Below, piece by piece: positions 37,726-51,446 of a stretch of 64,000 bases of DNA. Every line of letters starts with the position of its first letter. The first letter of the stretch is position 1. The stretch is taken from positions 7,812,001 to 7,876,000 of the forward strand of contig NC_073397.1 in NCBI RefSeq assembly GCF_028641065.1, read 5' to 3'. The position numbers and the translations under genes are program-made. The notes beneath the pieces are model-generated. The model saw nothing but the letters and a program-made list of their open reading frames with translations. It did no database searches and was not told the origin of the DNA. Source of the stretch: Leucoraja erinacea (lineage: Eukaryota).

Positions 37726-40700
37726 TGTCACGCTTCTGCTGTTGGAATAACTTGGGTCATACACAGTGATTAAGATCCAAAGACTTTATTAGCGTTACAG
37801 CATAGGTAACTTCATCTTACTACGTAACTCAAGACTGAGGAAGCTTTCTGTTAAACTAGCGGGTGTAGCTACAAAGTATCTCATAACACGAGTGACACTG
37901 ATCTACATCCTCCCTCTTAAAGAATTACATGTCAATACAAAACCATTGACTAAATAAGGCACGCATAGCAATTGTTAATTAGCTGCAGGAAAGTCAAACA
38001 TAGCCCGGGTACTTCACGGTGGGCTTGCAAACATGACCAGCACGGGAGCGATAAAAAACATCTCCGTTTTTCCCCACCGGGGTCAGAGCCGGTGGCTTCA
38101 CGGGTGATGGAGATTGAACAGGGGACTGCAGCGCAGGCAGAGGGGGCATCGCCACTGGCAAAGCAGCCGCTCCCAAACTGGGTTGTTGTGCTGGTGCAAG
38201 CGGATCAATGCCGCTGGGCACAGACGGCAGTACACTTGTACAGTCTGGAGAATACAGAGGTGGAGTCTGCTCATTCACAGGCAAGATATGTTGGCTGTTA
38301 CGCCTGTAGGTGCCGCCATTGGCACTGACCAGATATGAGTGTGGCTCAGAAGCAGTTCCAGCAATTACACAGATACAGTCATGGTCTTGGTCAGTTTACA
38401 AATGAACCACCCGCCCCTTGGTTAGTTATGTGGCGAAAACCCCAGCATGCAGCAAACTTGAAGTGTTGGCTGGTAAATTGACTGCTGTTATCAGAATGCA
38501 CGGAGCTCGTTGTCTGCAAAATGGTGAGCAAGCTTCGAAACTACCCCGCGAGAAATGGGACTGCTAAGAAAATCAATGCCAAATCATCCAGAATGTGAAT
38601 TGACAAGTACCAGGTACTGCTTGCCATGACATTCAAACATGTCAGTTGCCACTGTAGACCGCGGGAAAGCAGGAGCCGGATGTGAAAGAAGTGGTTGCTT
38701 TTGTTGATGAGGTGCAAAACTGTTGCACACTGCACAGGATGCCACATTCCCAGTAATGTATTCGGACATGCCAGGCCGGTAAAACATGTTACTTGCCCGT
38801 AGGACGGTGGCATTTATTTGAAGAAGATTTCTCAATTTACATTGAAGCAGCTCACCCTACTGCTGCTCCCGGTATTCGAGCGTCAATTCTACTTAATCTA
38901 GCAGACACAGAAGCTGCCAAGGTGCAAGAAGATTTCATTATGTACCGGCTAGGTTTTACCCGGCTGGTGTCCAGATCGCTCCCGTTGAATCTACCCGTGA
39001 ACCCGATTGCCTACTATGCAAATTCCGACAGTTATGTGAGTTACACACTAACTTGGTCATGGAGAGGCATTTGTTCTTTTCCCGATGCCAGAGACAGGGT
39101 GAACCTGTGGAGATGTGTCAGTGACTTGAAGCACATTGCCAGTCGATGTGATTTCAGGGATATACGTGATAGCTTAATCCGTGACCTTTTGGTCGATGGT
39201 GTCCGCAATGATAAATTACGCTACGAGTTATTGTGGAATGCTGAGCTGACTCTAGTGACTGCTCAAAACCGCTGTCACATTGCTGAAATGTCTGACGCTC
39301 ATAAAAAAGTTTTAGGGCACTCTGCTGGTCATGCAATTAATGTTGCCGGCATGTCTTATCAAATCTCTTGCCATTCTCCTCAAGTGCCCGACAACTCTAT
39401 CGTGAGGTGGGGGTTTGCATGCTGCTGTTCATGACCGTTGCCCTGCGTATGGAAAATTATGTCGATTTTGTAACAAAAGGTATAATTTCTTCAAATGCTG
39501 CCGCTTGTGTAGCAACAGAGTTCAAACAAGGCAATCTGTAAATTCACTTGGCTATGAGAACTTGCTCTCAGAATGCTCTCAACCAGCTCCTGTAGGCTGC
39601 TAGCGAAAGGTTTTGACTTGAATGTGCATTCCCTGTTTGACTCAATACACAAACCACTAGACCCCAAGGTCGCTTTGCTCGCTAATGGTAAGAACTTTTA
39701 TCTGAAAGTTGACACAGGGGCCAGGTGTATCGTGATTTGTCTGGCTGTGTTGAAAAAGTTACGAAAAACAGAGACTGTCACTACTACGGCTGCCTCCCTT
39801 CTCCCATTTGCAGGAGGTCCAGGGCACCCTATTGGTCAAGTCGAGTTATGCTGCTGTCTTAACTGACGTGTCCACAACCTGAATTTCTATGTTGTTCGTG
39901 AGGATGTGCCGTCTCTGCTGGGTGCCAATGCTTGTCACGACATGGGACTTGTCTCTTTCACCCCTTCTGTTTGTCATCTGACTACAACCTGTGACTTTAG
40001 CCAACAAATCCTGACACAATACAAAACTTTGTTTGACGACAAGCTGGGCAGGCTGCCTGTTAAGTACACAATTACCATTAACCCTGAGATAATCCCAGTT
40101 GTCCGTCCAGCACACAAGATTCCCCATGCCATGTTCAAAATGACCTCAACACAATGGTGTCTCTAGGTGTGATTGCGCCTGTCGCTGACCCCTCGGATTG
40201 GGTCTCCACCATGGTTGTGGCAACAAAGAAGAATAAAGACAAAATACAGATTTGTATCAACCCTAAGGATTTAAACACAGCCATTAAACGACCTCACTAT
40301 CCCATGTGCACTGTGGACGAGATTGCAGCGCAGATGGCTGAGGCAACTGTATTCACTGTACGAGATGCCAAGAGTTCATTCTGGCAGATTTTGCTGGAAC
40401 ACAACTCCTCCAAGGTAACCACCTTCAACACACCGTTCGGACGATACAGATTTCTTCGCATGCCTTTTGGCATAAGCTCTGCTAGTGAAGTATTTCAATA
40501 AGCTATGGAGCAGTTGTTTGCGGGTTACCCATGTCCATTGTAGTGGATGACATCCTCGTTGCTGGACGAACTGTCAAAGAACACGATGCTAATCTGACAA
40601 AGGTCCTGGATCTCACCAAGGCCATTAACCTCAAGCTAAACCCTCAAAAATGCAAATTCAGGATAAGTGAGGTGAAATACATAGGCCATGTGTTCACTAA

Positions 40701-41402
40701 GGATGGCCTAAAAACTGATCCGGTGAAAACCAGTGCCATCAACGAGCTCCCACAGCACCCACAGACGTGCTCGGTCTACAAAGATTCCTTGGCATGGTGA
40801 ACTACTTGAGCAAATTTATTCCGGACTTCAGTGAAATATCAGCCCCGTTGCACCAGCTTACACACAAAGACATTGCTTGGACCTGGCACGCACAACAGCA
40901 AAGGGCGTTCAACACTCTTAAGCAGCAGATGTCTTGTGTTAGTTGAGGCCAGTTCATTGGTTCGTAGTTGAGGCCAGTTCATTGGTTATATTTAAGAAGG
41001 AGTTAGATGTGACCCTTGTGGCTAAAGGGATCAGGGGGTATGGAGAGAAGGCAGGTACAGGATACTAAGTTGGATGATCAGCCATATTGAATGGCGGTGC
41101 AGGCTCGAAGGGCGAATGGCGTACTCCTGCACTTATTTTCTATGTCTATATTTCTATTTTTCTATGCTCCTACTCTTCACTTATTTTGATCCCACTTCTG
41201 ACACCATGTCGAGCTTCTGCTGTTGGAAAAACTTAAGTCACACAGTGATTAAGATCCCAAGAATTTATTAGCGTTGCAGCATAGGTAACTTCATCTTAAT
41301 ACACAACTCAAGACTGAGGGAGAAAGGGCTTAGAAGCTTTCTGTTAAACTAGTGGGCGTAGCTACAAAGTATGACTCATAACATGAGTGACACTGATCTA
41401 TA
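37726..41402 (-). mobile_element. Degenerate Ty3/Gypsy LTR retrotransposon with an internal inversion
   Basis: Direct LTRs at 37726-37907 and 41207-41402. PBS TGGTGTCAGAAGTGGGAT (minus, 41206-41189), complementary to a tRNA-Leu 3' end. PPT TTAAGAGGGAGGA (minus, 37920-37908). TSD CAGGG / CAGAG. Remnants of gag, protease (KVDTGA), RT (TPFGRYRFLRMPFG, VVDDIL) and integrase. Confidence 0.93.
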
Positions 41403-42258
41403 CAGAGTCTTCACTGTTAGTAATGTAGACAAAGAGTCGTCACCAGTTCCGCTAATGGATACATGCCGCCCGGCTGTTCAGTTTTGTGCTGACTGATTAA
41501 GCTGCCAGATTTGCATTTTTAATAATTAAGCCTACCACAAAATGCTTCCTACACACAGCAAAGTCACAAGGTGGCAAGTGATAGTGTCATTCCAATCAGA
41601 AAACAAAAGAGACACAAAGTGCTGGAGTAATTTAGCGAGTCAGGCAGCATCACCAGCAAACAAGGAGGTGACATTTTGGTTGGGACCCTTCATCACATTA
41701 TCTACGTTCGCCAGAAATGTTGCCGGACACACCGAGTTACTCCAGCACTTTGTGTCTTTTTTTTTAAAAATATTGGTCTGCACCTGCAGTCTCCTGTATC
41801 TAAATGAATTTATTCAGTTTCATTGTTTCATGCATTAAGTAGATATTAGCAATTAAAAAAAAACTATTTGCCTTTTCAGATGCTTTTCATGATGGTACAG
41901 ATGCAATCATTTGGATGGAGGTAGGAGACATTGACGACTCTCAGCAAACAGTTTGTCAAGGAAAATAAAACAGTATGTTGGAAATACTCAGCAGGTCAGG
42001 CAGCATTTGTGGAGAAAGGAGCAGTCAGATCAGATGCTTAGTCGCAGCATTATTTTCATTCCAGCGGTGTTTTGTTCTTGGATCACTGTAGGATAACGTC
42101 TATTCACTCACAGGTCTATCCAAAACACGGAGGAAACAGGATTCATTGCAACCTTTCCCAATAAAATCTATGGAACTTTTCTACAAATTGCACTCTGTAT
42201 GTTCACATTCACATTTATTGCCACATGCACCAATTAAGGTACAGTGGAATTTGATTTA

Positions 42259-42554
42259 AACCCCTGTCCCATGGTACGAGTTCATTCCAAGAGTTCTCCC
42301 GAGTTTGCCCTGATTCGAACTCAGAGATTTAAGGTAATGGCCACTCATCGTTACTCGGGGCTCTCGTGGACATTTTTCAACATGTTAAAAAAAAATCTTC
42401 ACGAGTCTTCCCTCCCGTCCACGTTACAAGCCGGTAAGAGACGTCCCCGAGGTCCAACGTACCCGCTACGTTCATTCTCCGTGCTTACCAAAAGTTTAAT
42501 TTTTTTAAACTCGGGAGAGCTCTAGGAATGAACTCGTACCATGGGACAGGGCCA
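42259..42554. mobile_element. PIF/Harbinger-type MITE
   Basis: About 45-bp TIR CCCTGTCCCATGGTACGAGTTCATTCC...; TTA on both flanks. Confidence 0.85.
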
Positions 42555-42616
42555 TTACCATGCAGCCATACAATCAAAAAGAGCACCATACACAATAGAG
42601 TATAACACGATAGCAT

Positions 42617-43242
42617 TCATAGCAAATGGATTTGAATATAGGAGCAGGGAGGTTCTACTGCAGTTGTACCGGGTCTTGGTGTGACCACACTTGGATTATT
42701 GCGTACAGTTTTGGTCTCCTAATCTGAGGAAAGACATTCTTGCCATAGAGGGAGTACAGAGAAGGTTCACCAGACTGATTCCTGGGATGTCAGGACTTTA
42801 ATATGAAGAAAGACTGGATAGACTCGGTTTGTACTCGCTAGAATTTAGAAGATTGAGGGGGGGATCGTATAGAAACTTACAAAATTCTTAAGGGGTTGGA
42901 CAGGCTAGATGCAGGCAGATTATTCCCGATGTTGGGGAACTCCAGAACAAGGGGTCACAGTTTAAGGATAAGAGGGGGAATCCTTTAAGACCGAGATGAG
43001 AAAAACATTTTTCACACAGAGAGTGGTGAATCTCTGGAACCCTCTGCTACAGAAGGTAGTTGAGGCCAGTTCATTGGCTAGATTTAAGAGGGAGTTAGAT
43101 GTGGCCCTTGTGGCTAAAGGGATCAGGGGGTATGGAGAGAAGGCAGGTACAGGATACCGAGTTGGATGATCAGCCATGATCATATTGAATGGCTCGAAGG
43201 GCCGAATGGCCTACTCCTGCACTGATTTTCTATGTTTCTATG
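42617..43242 (+). mobile_element. CR1 (HER1-type) LINE 3' fragment
   Basis: Reverse complement of the 17221-17850 type; ends TTTCTATGTTTCTATG. Confidence 0.92.
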
Positions 43243-43399
43243 ATTTTAGTTAATCTGCAACTGCATTTTCAGTGACTGTTTAATCAAATCTGTTCACTTC
43301 TATTGATGCTACTAATTCATTCATATTGTTGTGACTACTTTTCACGTACTTTCACGAAGGGCCGAATAGCCTACTCCTGCACCTATTTTCTATGTTTCT

Positions 43400-43900
43400 A
43401 TGAACATCCATCACAGTGGAATCAACATTCTTCACTGTGGTGGAAGGCCGTTCGGTTAGTCCTCCTCCTTTTTTCATCCGTGGTTGGGGCCACAAACCCT
43501 CCGCAGTCGCTGCTACGGACGGCCCGATGTACAGACCCTCTTGTCATGATGCTCGAAACTCCGACGTCAGGATGGACGGACACTCCGCGGTTTGCAGGTC
43601 CCGAATCGGCCGCTTCCTACCAGAGACCGCTGCTCAACGATGTTGTAGGCCGCAGGCCGGCAGTCAGAGCTCTTCTCCGGCGATCCCCGGCAAAGGATCA
43701 CCGGCTTTGCGATGGAAAGTCCACGCTGCGCCCGCTGCTGAAGCTCTGGGCCCCGACTCCGGGAGAGGCCGCACCAATCCACGTTGTTAGGCCGCGAGGA
43801 AGGCGAAAATATGACATGAAGAAAAGTCACATACCGTCGAGGCAAGCTACCAAAAACAGTTTCCCCCTATTCCCCGCCACCACCCCCCACACTAAAGCAT
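43400..43900 (-). mobile_element. GC-rich non-autonomous retroposon body
   Basis: Resembles 20200-21013 and 52380-52945 (CACAGTG...CACTGTG motif). Its tail appears displaced to about 42200-42610 by later insertions. Confidence 0.5.
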
Positions 43901-46338
43901 AGATGCACTTTGTAGATGCACTTCAAATCACCGGCACTAAATGGGGCCCTTTTACTGGATCCTATCTATTCCCCTCTCTATACACGGTTCACAATTTAGA
44001 CACATGTTTATTCACATTTCCAGATTTGTAGAAAGGCCGTTGACCTGAAAGGCTAACCTAGTTTCCCACTCCATAGATGCTCACCCACTTCCTGAATATT
44101 TCTGGCATTTTCTATTTTATCTTAATTATGACTTCACCCACAGCAACTGCAATTTGCTGCTTTTGACATCGATTCAACCTTCTCCTTCAATCCTTTCTCA
44201 ATATGCAAAGCTAAAGACTGCCAGTGCAACACTTAATAAGGTCCCATCTACCTGACTTCACAGCAGCATTGCAAACCTCCAGGCCATGCTTTCGGAACAC
44301 ACAGAGGACATGAGCAAGTAGCGGAAGGCCCAGACCACCTCCCAAACTGACCACCTACCTCCAACGCCATCTTCACTTCTCACATTGACTGCATCAGCCA
44401 CCAGAGAACCAACATAACTAAGAGTGGAAGCAAGTAATCCTTGATCCCAAAGGGATTGCACGAGATGACGAAAGATCTGTATTTGTAGGGATCAATATCC
44501 GAGCGAATGTATGCAGGAAAAGGCTAATTAATATTGCGTGCTTCAGCAAAATTGGTGGCTGGACAGCGAGCCACTATCACTTTATAATAAGGCAGTCTCA
44601 TGGTCTGACGGGAAATGGTAACAGTAAAGAGTTTAAACTCCATCAAAACTCATTGTATTGTAGAACCACAGAAACGTTTTGTTATAAATGGATGGAAAAC
44701 TCATTTATTCCAGTTTAGATAACTGCTTCATTATTGTATGGCCAAGACAATTTATTCAAAGATGGACACAAAAAAACAGAGCAATTCAGCAGGTCAGTCA
44801 GAATCTCAGGAGAAAAGACATAGGTGAAGTTTCACGTCAAGACCCTTCTAAAGTCTCCAGAGATGCTGTCTGACCTGCTGAGTTACTCCAGCTTTTTGTA
44901 TTCCTACAACATTCCCATTGAGTCGCATGAGATTAAGTTCAATAGGATCGTAAGCTTTTAACACTGTTTGACCTTGACCTAAGAAATAGAAGGAAAATTG
45001 GTGAGTTTTTGGTGGATATACTTGACATTACAATGTAACCCAGAGGTGGCTTCACGCAGCTCCATAGCAAGAGAAAGGCATGTTATCAATGTAGATACAG
45101 CATTAGATTTACCTGGAGGCAATGCCGATGATCATGTGCCCAAATAAATCTCTCACCAGTACAATGCCAGAAAGAAATTCTGAAGGGAGTTCCCAACATA
45201 AGCTATAGTAGAATACATCCTTTAATAAACCACCAGACAATGATGAAACTAAATCACAGATTCCAATTTCCTGAGAATCATGTGGGCATTGTGTTCACAT
45301 GGTTGGACAAGAAGTGGAGAAGGTACCATAAATATATTTAAAAACCCTGAATGCAAGCTCTTCCAAATATCATTACAAAGAACACTGGTCATGACTTTTC
45401 TGAATAGTAAAATGTTTCACTGTGAGAGTCTGTGACGAGTAATATATCATGTTTCTCTCAAATGACCGTACATTTAGTGATGTGGACGTCAATATTAAAA
45501 AATGTTAAATTTGAACATCCTAATTGTCTTAGAAGTTTTCCAAAAAGAAAACACCTCCCAAAAAGTTCAAGGCAACAGACTTAGAAGTAATGGTTTGGAT
45601 TGTGCACATTTCTCTTGTCAGGCTGCAAGCAACATTTGCTACCTAGTAAAGAATCCTAGTGCCTATAATCTGATCATATGCAACCTTCATACATCGTGCA
45701 CTGCCATGTTATCAAAAGCTGGTCAGGGAGTCAAGAGTCAAGAATGTTTAATTGACATATGTATCAAAATGAAACGTTGGAATTCTAGGCATTACTTCGA
45801 GGAAGTTATGGGCATAAAAAGGGGCAAAGCCCGATACATTTTAGAAAACAAGGACAGAAACAAGGATATACAGCATATATCAAAGTAGGATTGGACTGGT
45901 AGCCCACATATAACATGGAGTATAAAAAAGAAACCTATATGATGCTGATGCAAAACTAGACACAAAAAGCTGGAGTTACTCTGCAGGTCAGGCAACTCCT
46001 CTGGATAAAAGGAATAGGTGAAGTTTCGGGTCGAGACCCTTCTTCAGACTCCGAGGCAAAGATGACCGATTGTTCTTGATGAAAAGTCATCAACCTGAAA
46101 CATTAATTCTGTTTCTCTCCACACAGACTCCACCTGCCCTGTTGGGCATTTCCATCAATTCTGTTTTAATTCAGGTTGAACACAAATGCAATCTTTTTCA
46201 GAATCAGATTTTCAATTATGGATGGGTATTGCATGCTCATGGAGGATGCAATATGCTTAGGACAAAGTGGAATTATTGAGCCCAAAACTTGGTTTGGATT
46301 TCACCAACAAGCAGGCATGGAGCAGGGAAATATGTGTC

Positions 46339-47318
46339 TGTTAGTTTAGACAAGCACACCTCTTCAACCCTCACCCTGAACACCGGCGTTCCACAGGGCT
46401 GTATGCTGAGCCCCCTCCTCTACTCCCTCTTCACCTATGACTGCACACCTGTACATGGTACTAACACCATCATCAAGTATGCAGATGATACAACGGTGAT
46501 TGGCCTCATCAGCAACAACGATGAGTTGGCCTACAGGGAGGAGGTCCAGCACTTAGCATGGTGCGCTGACAACAACCTGGCCCTTAACTCCAAGAAGACC
46601 AAGGAGCTCATTGTAGACTTCAGGAAGTCCAGAGGCGGCACGCACACCCCCATCCACATTAACGGGACGGAGGTGGAACGTGTTTCTAGCTTCAGGTTAC
46701 TGGGAGTCAACATCTCCGATGACCTCTCTTGGACCCACAATACCTCAACTCTGATCAAGAATGCTCACCAGCGTCTCTTCTTCCTGAGGAGACTGAAGAA
46801 GGTCCATCTGTCTCCTCAGATCCTGGTGAACTTCTACCACTGCACCATCGAGAGCATCCTTACCAACTGCATCACAGTATGGTATAGCAATTGCTCTGTC
46901 TCCGACCGGAAGGCACTGCAGAGGGTGGTGAAAATTACCCAACGCATCACCGGTTCCTCGCTCCCCTCCATTGAGTCGGTCCAAAGCAAGCGCTGTCTGC
47001 GGAGGGCGCTCAGCATCGCCAAGGACTGCTCTCACCCCAACCATGGACTGTTTACCCTCCTACCATCCGGGAGGCGCTACAGGTCTCTCCATTGCCGAAC
47101 CAGCAGGTCGAGGAACAGCTTCTTTCCGGCGGCTGTCACTCTGCTCAACAACGTACCTCGGTGACTGCCAATCACCACCCCCCCCCCCCCACGGACACTT
47201 ATTATTATTTATTCAAATCATTTGCTATGTCGCTCTTCCAGGGAGATGCTAAATGCATTCCGTTGTCTCTGTACTGTACACTGACAATGACAATTAAAAT
47301 TGAATCTTAATCTGAATC
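46339..47318 (+). mobile_element. Rex1/Babar LINE 3' end, young
   Basis: Uninterrupted ORF with GVPQGCMLSP, KYADDTT, KNAHQRLFFLRRL and LPSGRRYRS. Near-identical to the reverse complement of 8760-9725. Confidence 0.95.
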
Positions 47319-49318
47319 CGATGTGGAACTAGGCGATTACTGTTTCTGAAAAGATCAGAGTTAGAAGTTCAACAGGCACTGGTGGCTAAAGTGACTTATT
47401 CTTAATCAAATGTTCACCGATGGATTTACACTACAAACGCCCCTGCTATGGTGGTACTGAGGGGACTTTGTGTACGGCATTAATACACTTCAATTGCTCC
47501 GAATATCATGATTACTCAAGTCCTCATTTACTGAGCTATTTTAGTATTCATTTCTGCCATATCTTTAAAAGTTGATGATTTTTTTGTACCCTCCCTTTGA
47601 TATGAAAATCATTTGCAATTACTGCTGTATTTTCCACCTCTGCCTTCAAGGGGTTTTCAATATAGGCCGTCCCAGGCAGGGTTACAAATTCCCAACCCAT
47701 GGACACACCGTACACACAAACGAGTTCTCATGAATATTACTGAACTCAAACGAGAACCTGTCCTGCAAAAAAAAAAAGGCGTTTCCATGTAATCTTTCCA
47801 TATTAATCAGGCACCATTGCATCTTGAGAACACAGGCTGCCAGTTTCACTGCGGGAGGCCATTGAAGAGAGTTTCTTTGGAAGCTGATATTTGTGCAACG
47901 ACACTCTATTAAACAATGTGACAGCCACTGGTCATTGAGCATAGGGCGTCCTGATTATGTACCATTGTAACAGTAAATGAACATTGATGTCAATTGACCT
48001 TCATCAATACTGTGAAGGTATGATTATCATATCCATTGATTTATGGATGTCCGTAAAACTAGAACCGGTTCGTAACCCGAAAACGGTCTTATTTTAATTA
48101 CAGTCCATGGAATTTTCCACCTGCAATTAAAACAGACCTCTCCACCATTCAATACGATCATGACTGATCTTCTACCTCAGCACCAGCTTCCTGCACCAAA
48201 TGTAGATTGCTCGATTCCCTTAATGTCCATAGATCTATTTATCCCAGCCCTGAATATACCCAATGACTCAAAGCTCTTGGGGAGAGATGTTCAAAGATTC
48301 TTTACTCAAAAGAAATGTCCTTTCTCCTTCATGAATGACTGGCTTGGGATAATGACCCACAGTTGTAGATACCCAAATCAGAGAACACTCTATCCTGTGC
48401 AGCCCTGTAAGAATTCTCAATCAGACCACCCCTTATTCATCTAAACTCAGCATTTCTCCCCTCAGTATTGGGCTTGCCTACTTAATCTCTTCTTGTAGAA
48501 TAGACCCCCATTCCAGCAATCAGCCTGGTTGACTTTAGGCACCTCCTCCATCACAGGTATCTACCTCCTCTTCAACTGGACACTTAAAATGGATTCTCAT
48601 CCCACCCACCAGCCAGGCCAGCCATTCCCCTGCACACACCCACCTTCACCTGGAGACGGGGACACACACCTAGGCCCCGTCCTCTCACTGGGACCACCCC
48701 TCATTCTGCCTTTTATTTTTAAAAAGCACTTTATTTTTGGTCTTCCACCCCTGCAACGGACTGTTCCAGCTGCTACCGTTAGGCAAACGCCTCCGTTGCC
48801 ATGCGGTGAGAACAGAGAGGTTGAGAAGGAGTTTCTTCCCAGAGGCCATTCGGACTGTAAACGCCTATCTCACCAGGGACTAACTCTACTGAACGTTTTT
48901 CCTTCCATTATTTATTATGTAAAGGTATATGTGTGTTATGATTGTGTTTATTGTTTGTTTGGTTGTTTGTCTTTTGCACAAAAGTCCGCGAGCATTGCCA
49001 CTTTCATTTCACATCTTGTATGTGTATGTGACAAATAAACTTGACTTGACTTGAAACGTCGCATATTCCTCCTCTCCATAGATGCTGCCTCACCCGCTGA
49101 GTTTCTCCAGCATTTTGTTCACTTTCTTTTGTCATTCTATGGTTATATAATTCTCTCCAGTGCCGCGAGGTGCTATACTGCTCACCTTAACCATTTAATC
49201 AGGGAAGGGGTACACTGGAGCTGTCCTGAGCTATTAACTATCTCATTGAAGACCCTCGGACTATCTTTACTCGGACTGTACCTTGCACTAAACATTATTT
49301 CCTTTATCATGTATCTGT

Positions 49319-49623
49319 ATTCTCCCCGTTGGATTGCAACCTTGTCGTGGTCGGGGAGCTTGTGCGTCTCAGTGACCCCTAGAGCTATGCCAGCGGGAGA
49401 TTCGTCTCCTGTTAGGGTCTCCCATGCTGGACAGGTCGAAGGGTAGAGGTGAGACGATGAGCGATCCACTGGTCCTCCAGGTTGGAGGTTGAGCACAGGG
49501 CTAACAATCCCGTCTCGTAAAACAAATACGTTACGGAAACAGCAACTGAAGGAATCAACATTACTGTGGAAGACCTTCGTTGCTGCCCTACATACCAGGA
49601 GGCATAATAGGCAGCAAGGAAGG
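49319..49623 (+). mobile_element. Bipartite RTE-derived non-autonomous retroposon
   Basis: RTE/Expander-like 5'UTR motifs (CCTTGTCGTGG, AGGGTCTCCCATG, GGTCCTCCAGGTTGG...GGGCTAACAA) fused to an RTE-like 3' end. 10-bp TSD ATGTATCTGT at 49309-49318 / 49624-49633. Confidence 0.7.
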
Positions 49624-51446
49624 ATGTATCTGTGCACTGTGGACGGTTTAATTGTAATCATGTAATCATTGTAGTCTTTCCGCTGACTGGTTAGCATGCA
49701 TCAAATAGGGTTCACTGTACCTCGGTACACGTGACAATAAACTCAACACCCACAAATGCCAGAAAAGTTCTCCTGAGGAGGTTTCTATTATGGGTAATCC
49801 AGCACAGAAAGAGCCCAACAAACGTCATTCCCACCCCTTCAGTATGTCCCATCCTGGCTTCATTACACAACTTTAATTTCACTTTAAAGAGGACATTCTG
49901 TTTCTTTTCTGTGGAGATTCAGAGACTGCGTTACCAGCAGTTTTGGGACTGATGCTGAAACAGAGAGAGAAAAAAATGACCGTTTGCAACTCCCCCTGGG
50001 CTAATTGGAGGAAAGAGGAACTCTGAACCAAAGATCTAAAGAACCAAAGGCACAACACCAAGAAGAAGCTGCTAGTGGCCTTCTACCGGGTGACCATTGA
50101 GAGTCTACTGACATATCGCATGTCAGTGTGGTATGCAGGCTGCTCTGCTGCAGATAAGAAAGCGCTCCAGAGAGTGGTATAAACAGCAGAGAGAATCACT
50201 GGCTGACCTCTCTGGAGGATACTGCCACCTCACGCTACCCTAGCAGAGCCACTAAAATCATCAAAGACCCCACACACCCCAGTCACCACCTTTTAGACCA
50301 GTTGCCCTCTGGCAGGCGTTACAAGTCAGCCAACACACGCACCTCCAGACTCAGGGACAGTTTCTCCCCCAAAGCAATCTTCACACTCAATATGAAAAAA
50401 ACACCTAGTATTATTCCTGCTGCTACCCACCTTGAACTTTACTATCACCATGTACAGTACCGTTTACTTACTTATCTTGATACCTAGTTTTTAAACATTG
50501 TTTTTAAATTGTGTCCTGTGTTTTTATGTTTGTATATTATGCACCAATGGAGTGGCAATGACAATGTCGTTGCATGCAGTGTTTGCAACGACAAATAAAG
50601 GCATTTCATTCGTTTTCGATTATCTTTGCTCTGAACTGCCACCAAAAAAGCTGCCATGTTCACAAACCTGTTTGGAGACGAGGGTCAACCCTGCCTCTTG
50701 GGATGATATCATTTCCAGTTCATGCTTCCACCAGGGTCAACCAGGCCCATGTGACATTCTTGAGCGGCCCTGCCATGTAGGCCTCACATTACAACTGGGG
50801 GGGAGGGTGTGGGTGGATGGAGGGGGCGCAGTATTTTCCCGGATTTGGGAATATTTCTACCGTCAAGCGACGCTTGGCCAGAACCTCGTCGTAACGGATC
50901 AGCCAAGGTAGTAACCCCGCATGGTGATCTATCCATTACCCATTCTATCATCTATCATAAGGTGAACGGCCTTGTCTCACTCTGCACACCTTGTCACAGA
51001 TCCGTTGACGGTAAACCTTCCCAATTAAACCAGTCGATGTAACCGGCCCCGAGCAACAACCCAACCGTGTCAACGAGCCTGTAGATAGATGCGCTTTGGG
51101 GCAACCGCTCCCAACTAATGGGGAGCTCAGCTCAACTCAACTCAACTTTATGCACAGTATCTCGAAAGGCAGTCGAGCAAGTAACACGAACATTAAGGAC
51201 ATAGGTTCCCCTCTCCCCTTATGCTCGCTCTGAAGAAGGGTCTCTGCCCGAAACATCGCCTATTCCTTCTCTCCAGAGATGCTGCCTGTCCCGCTGAGTT
51301 ACTCCAGCATTTCCATCTGTCCCTCCTCCCTAAACAAGCTCGACGCTTGTAGTCTGGGACTTCGCTTTCACGTTTTAAACAGACAAGTGGACTTCACACA
51401 GCCCGCTGCAATGTAACCATTAGATTGAGAAGGTGGTTGCACTCAC

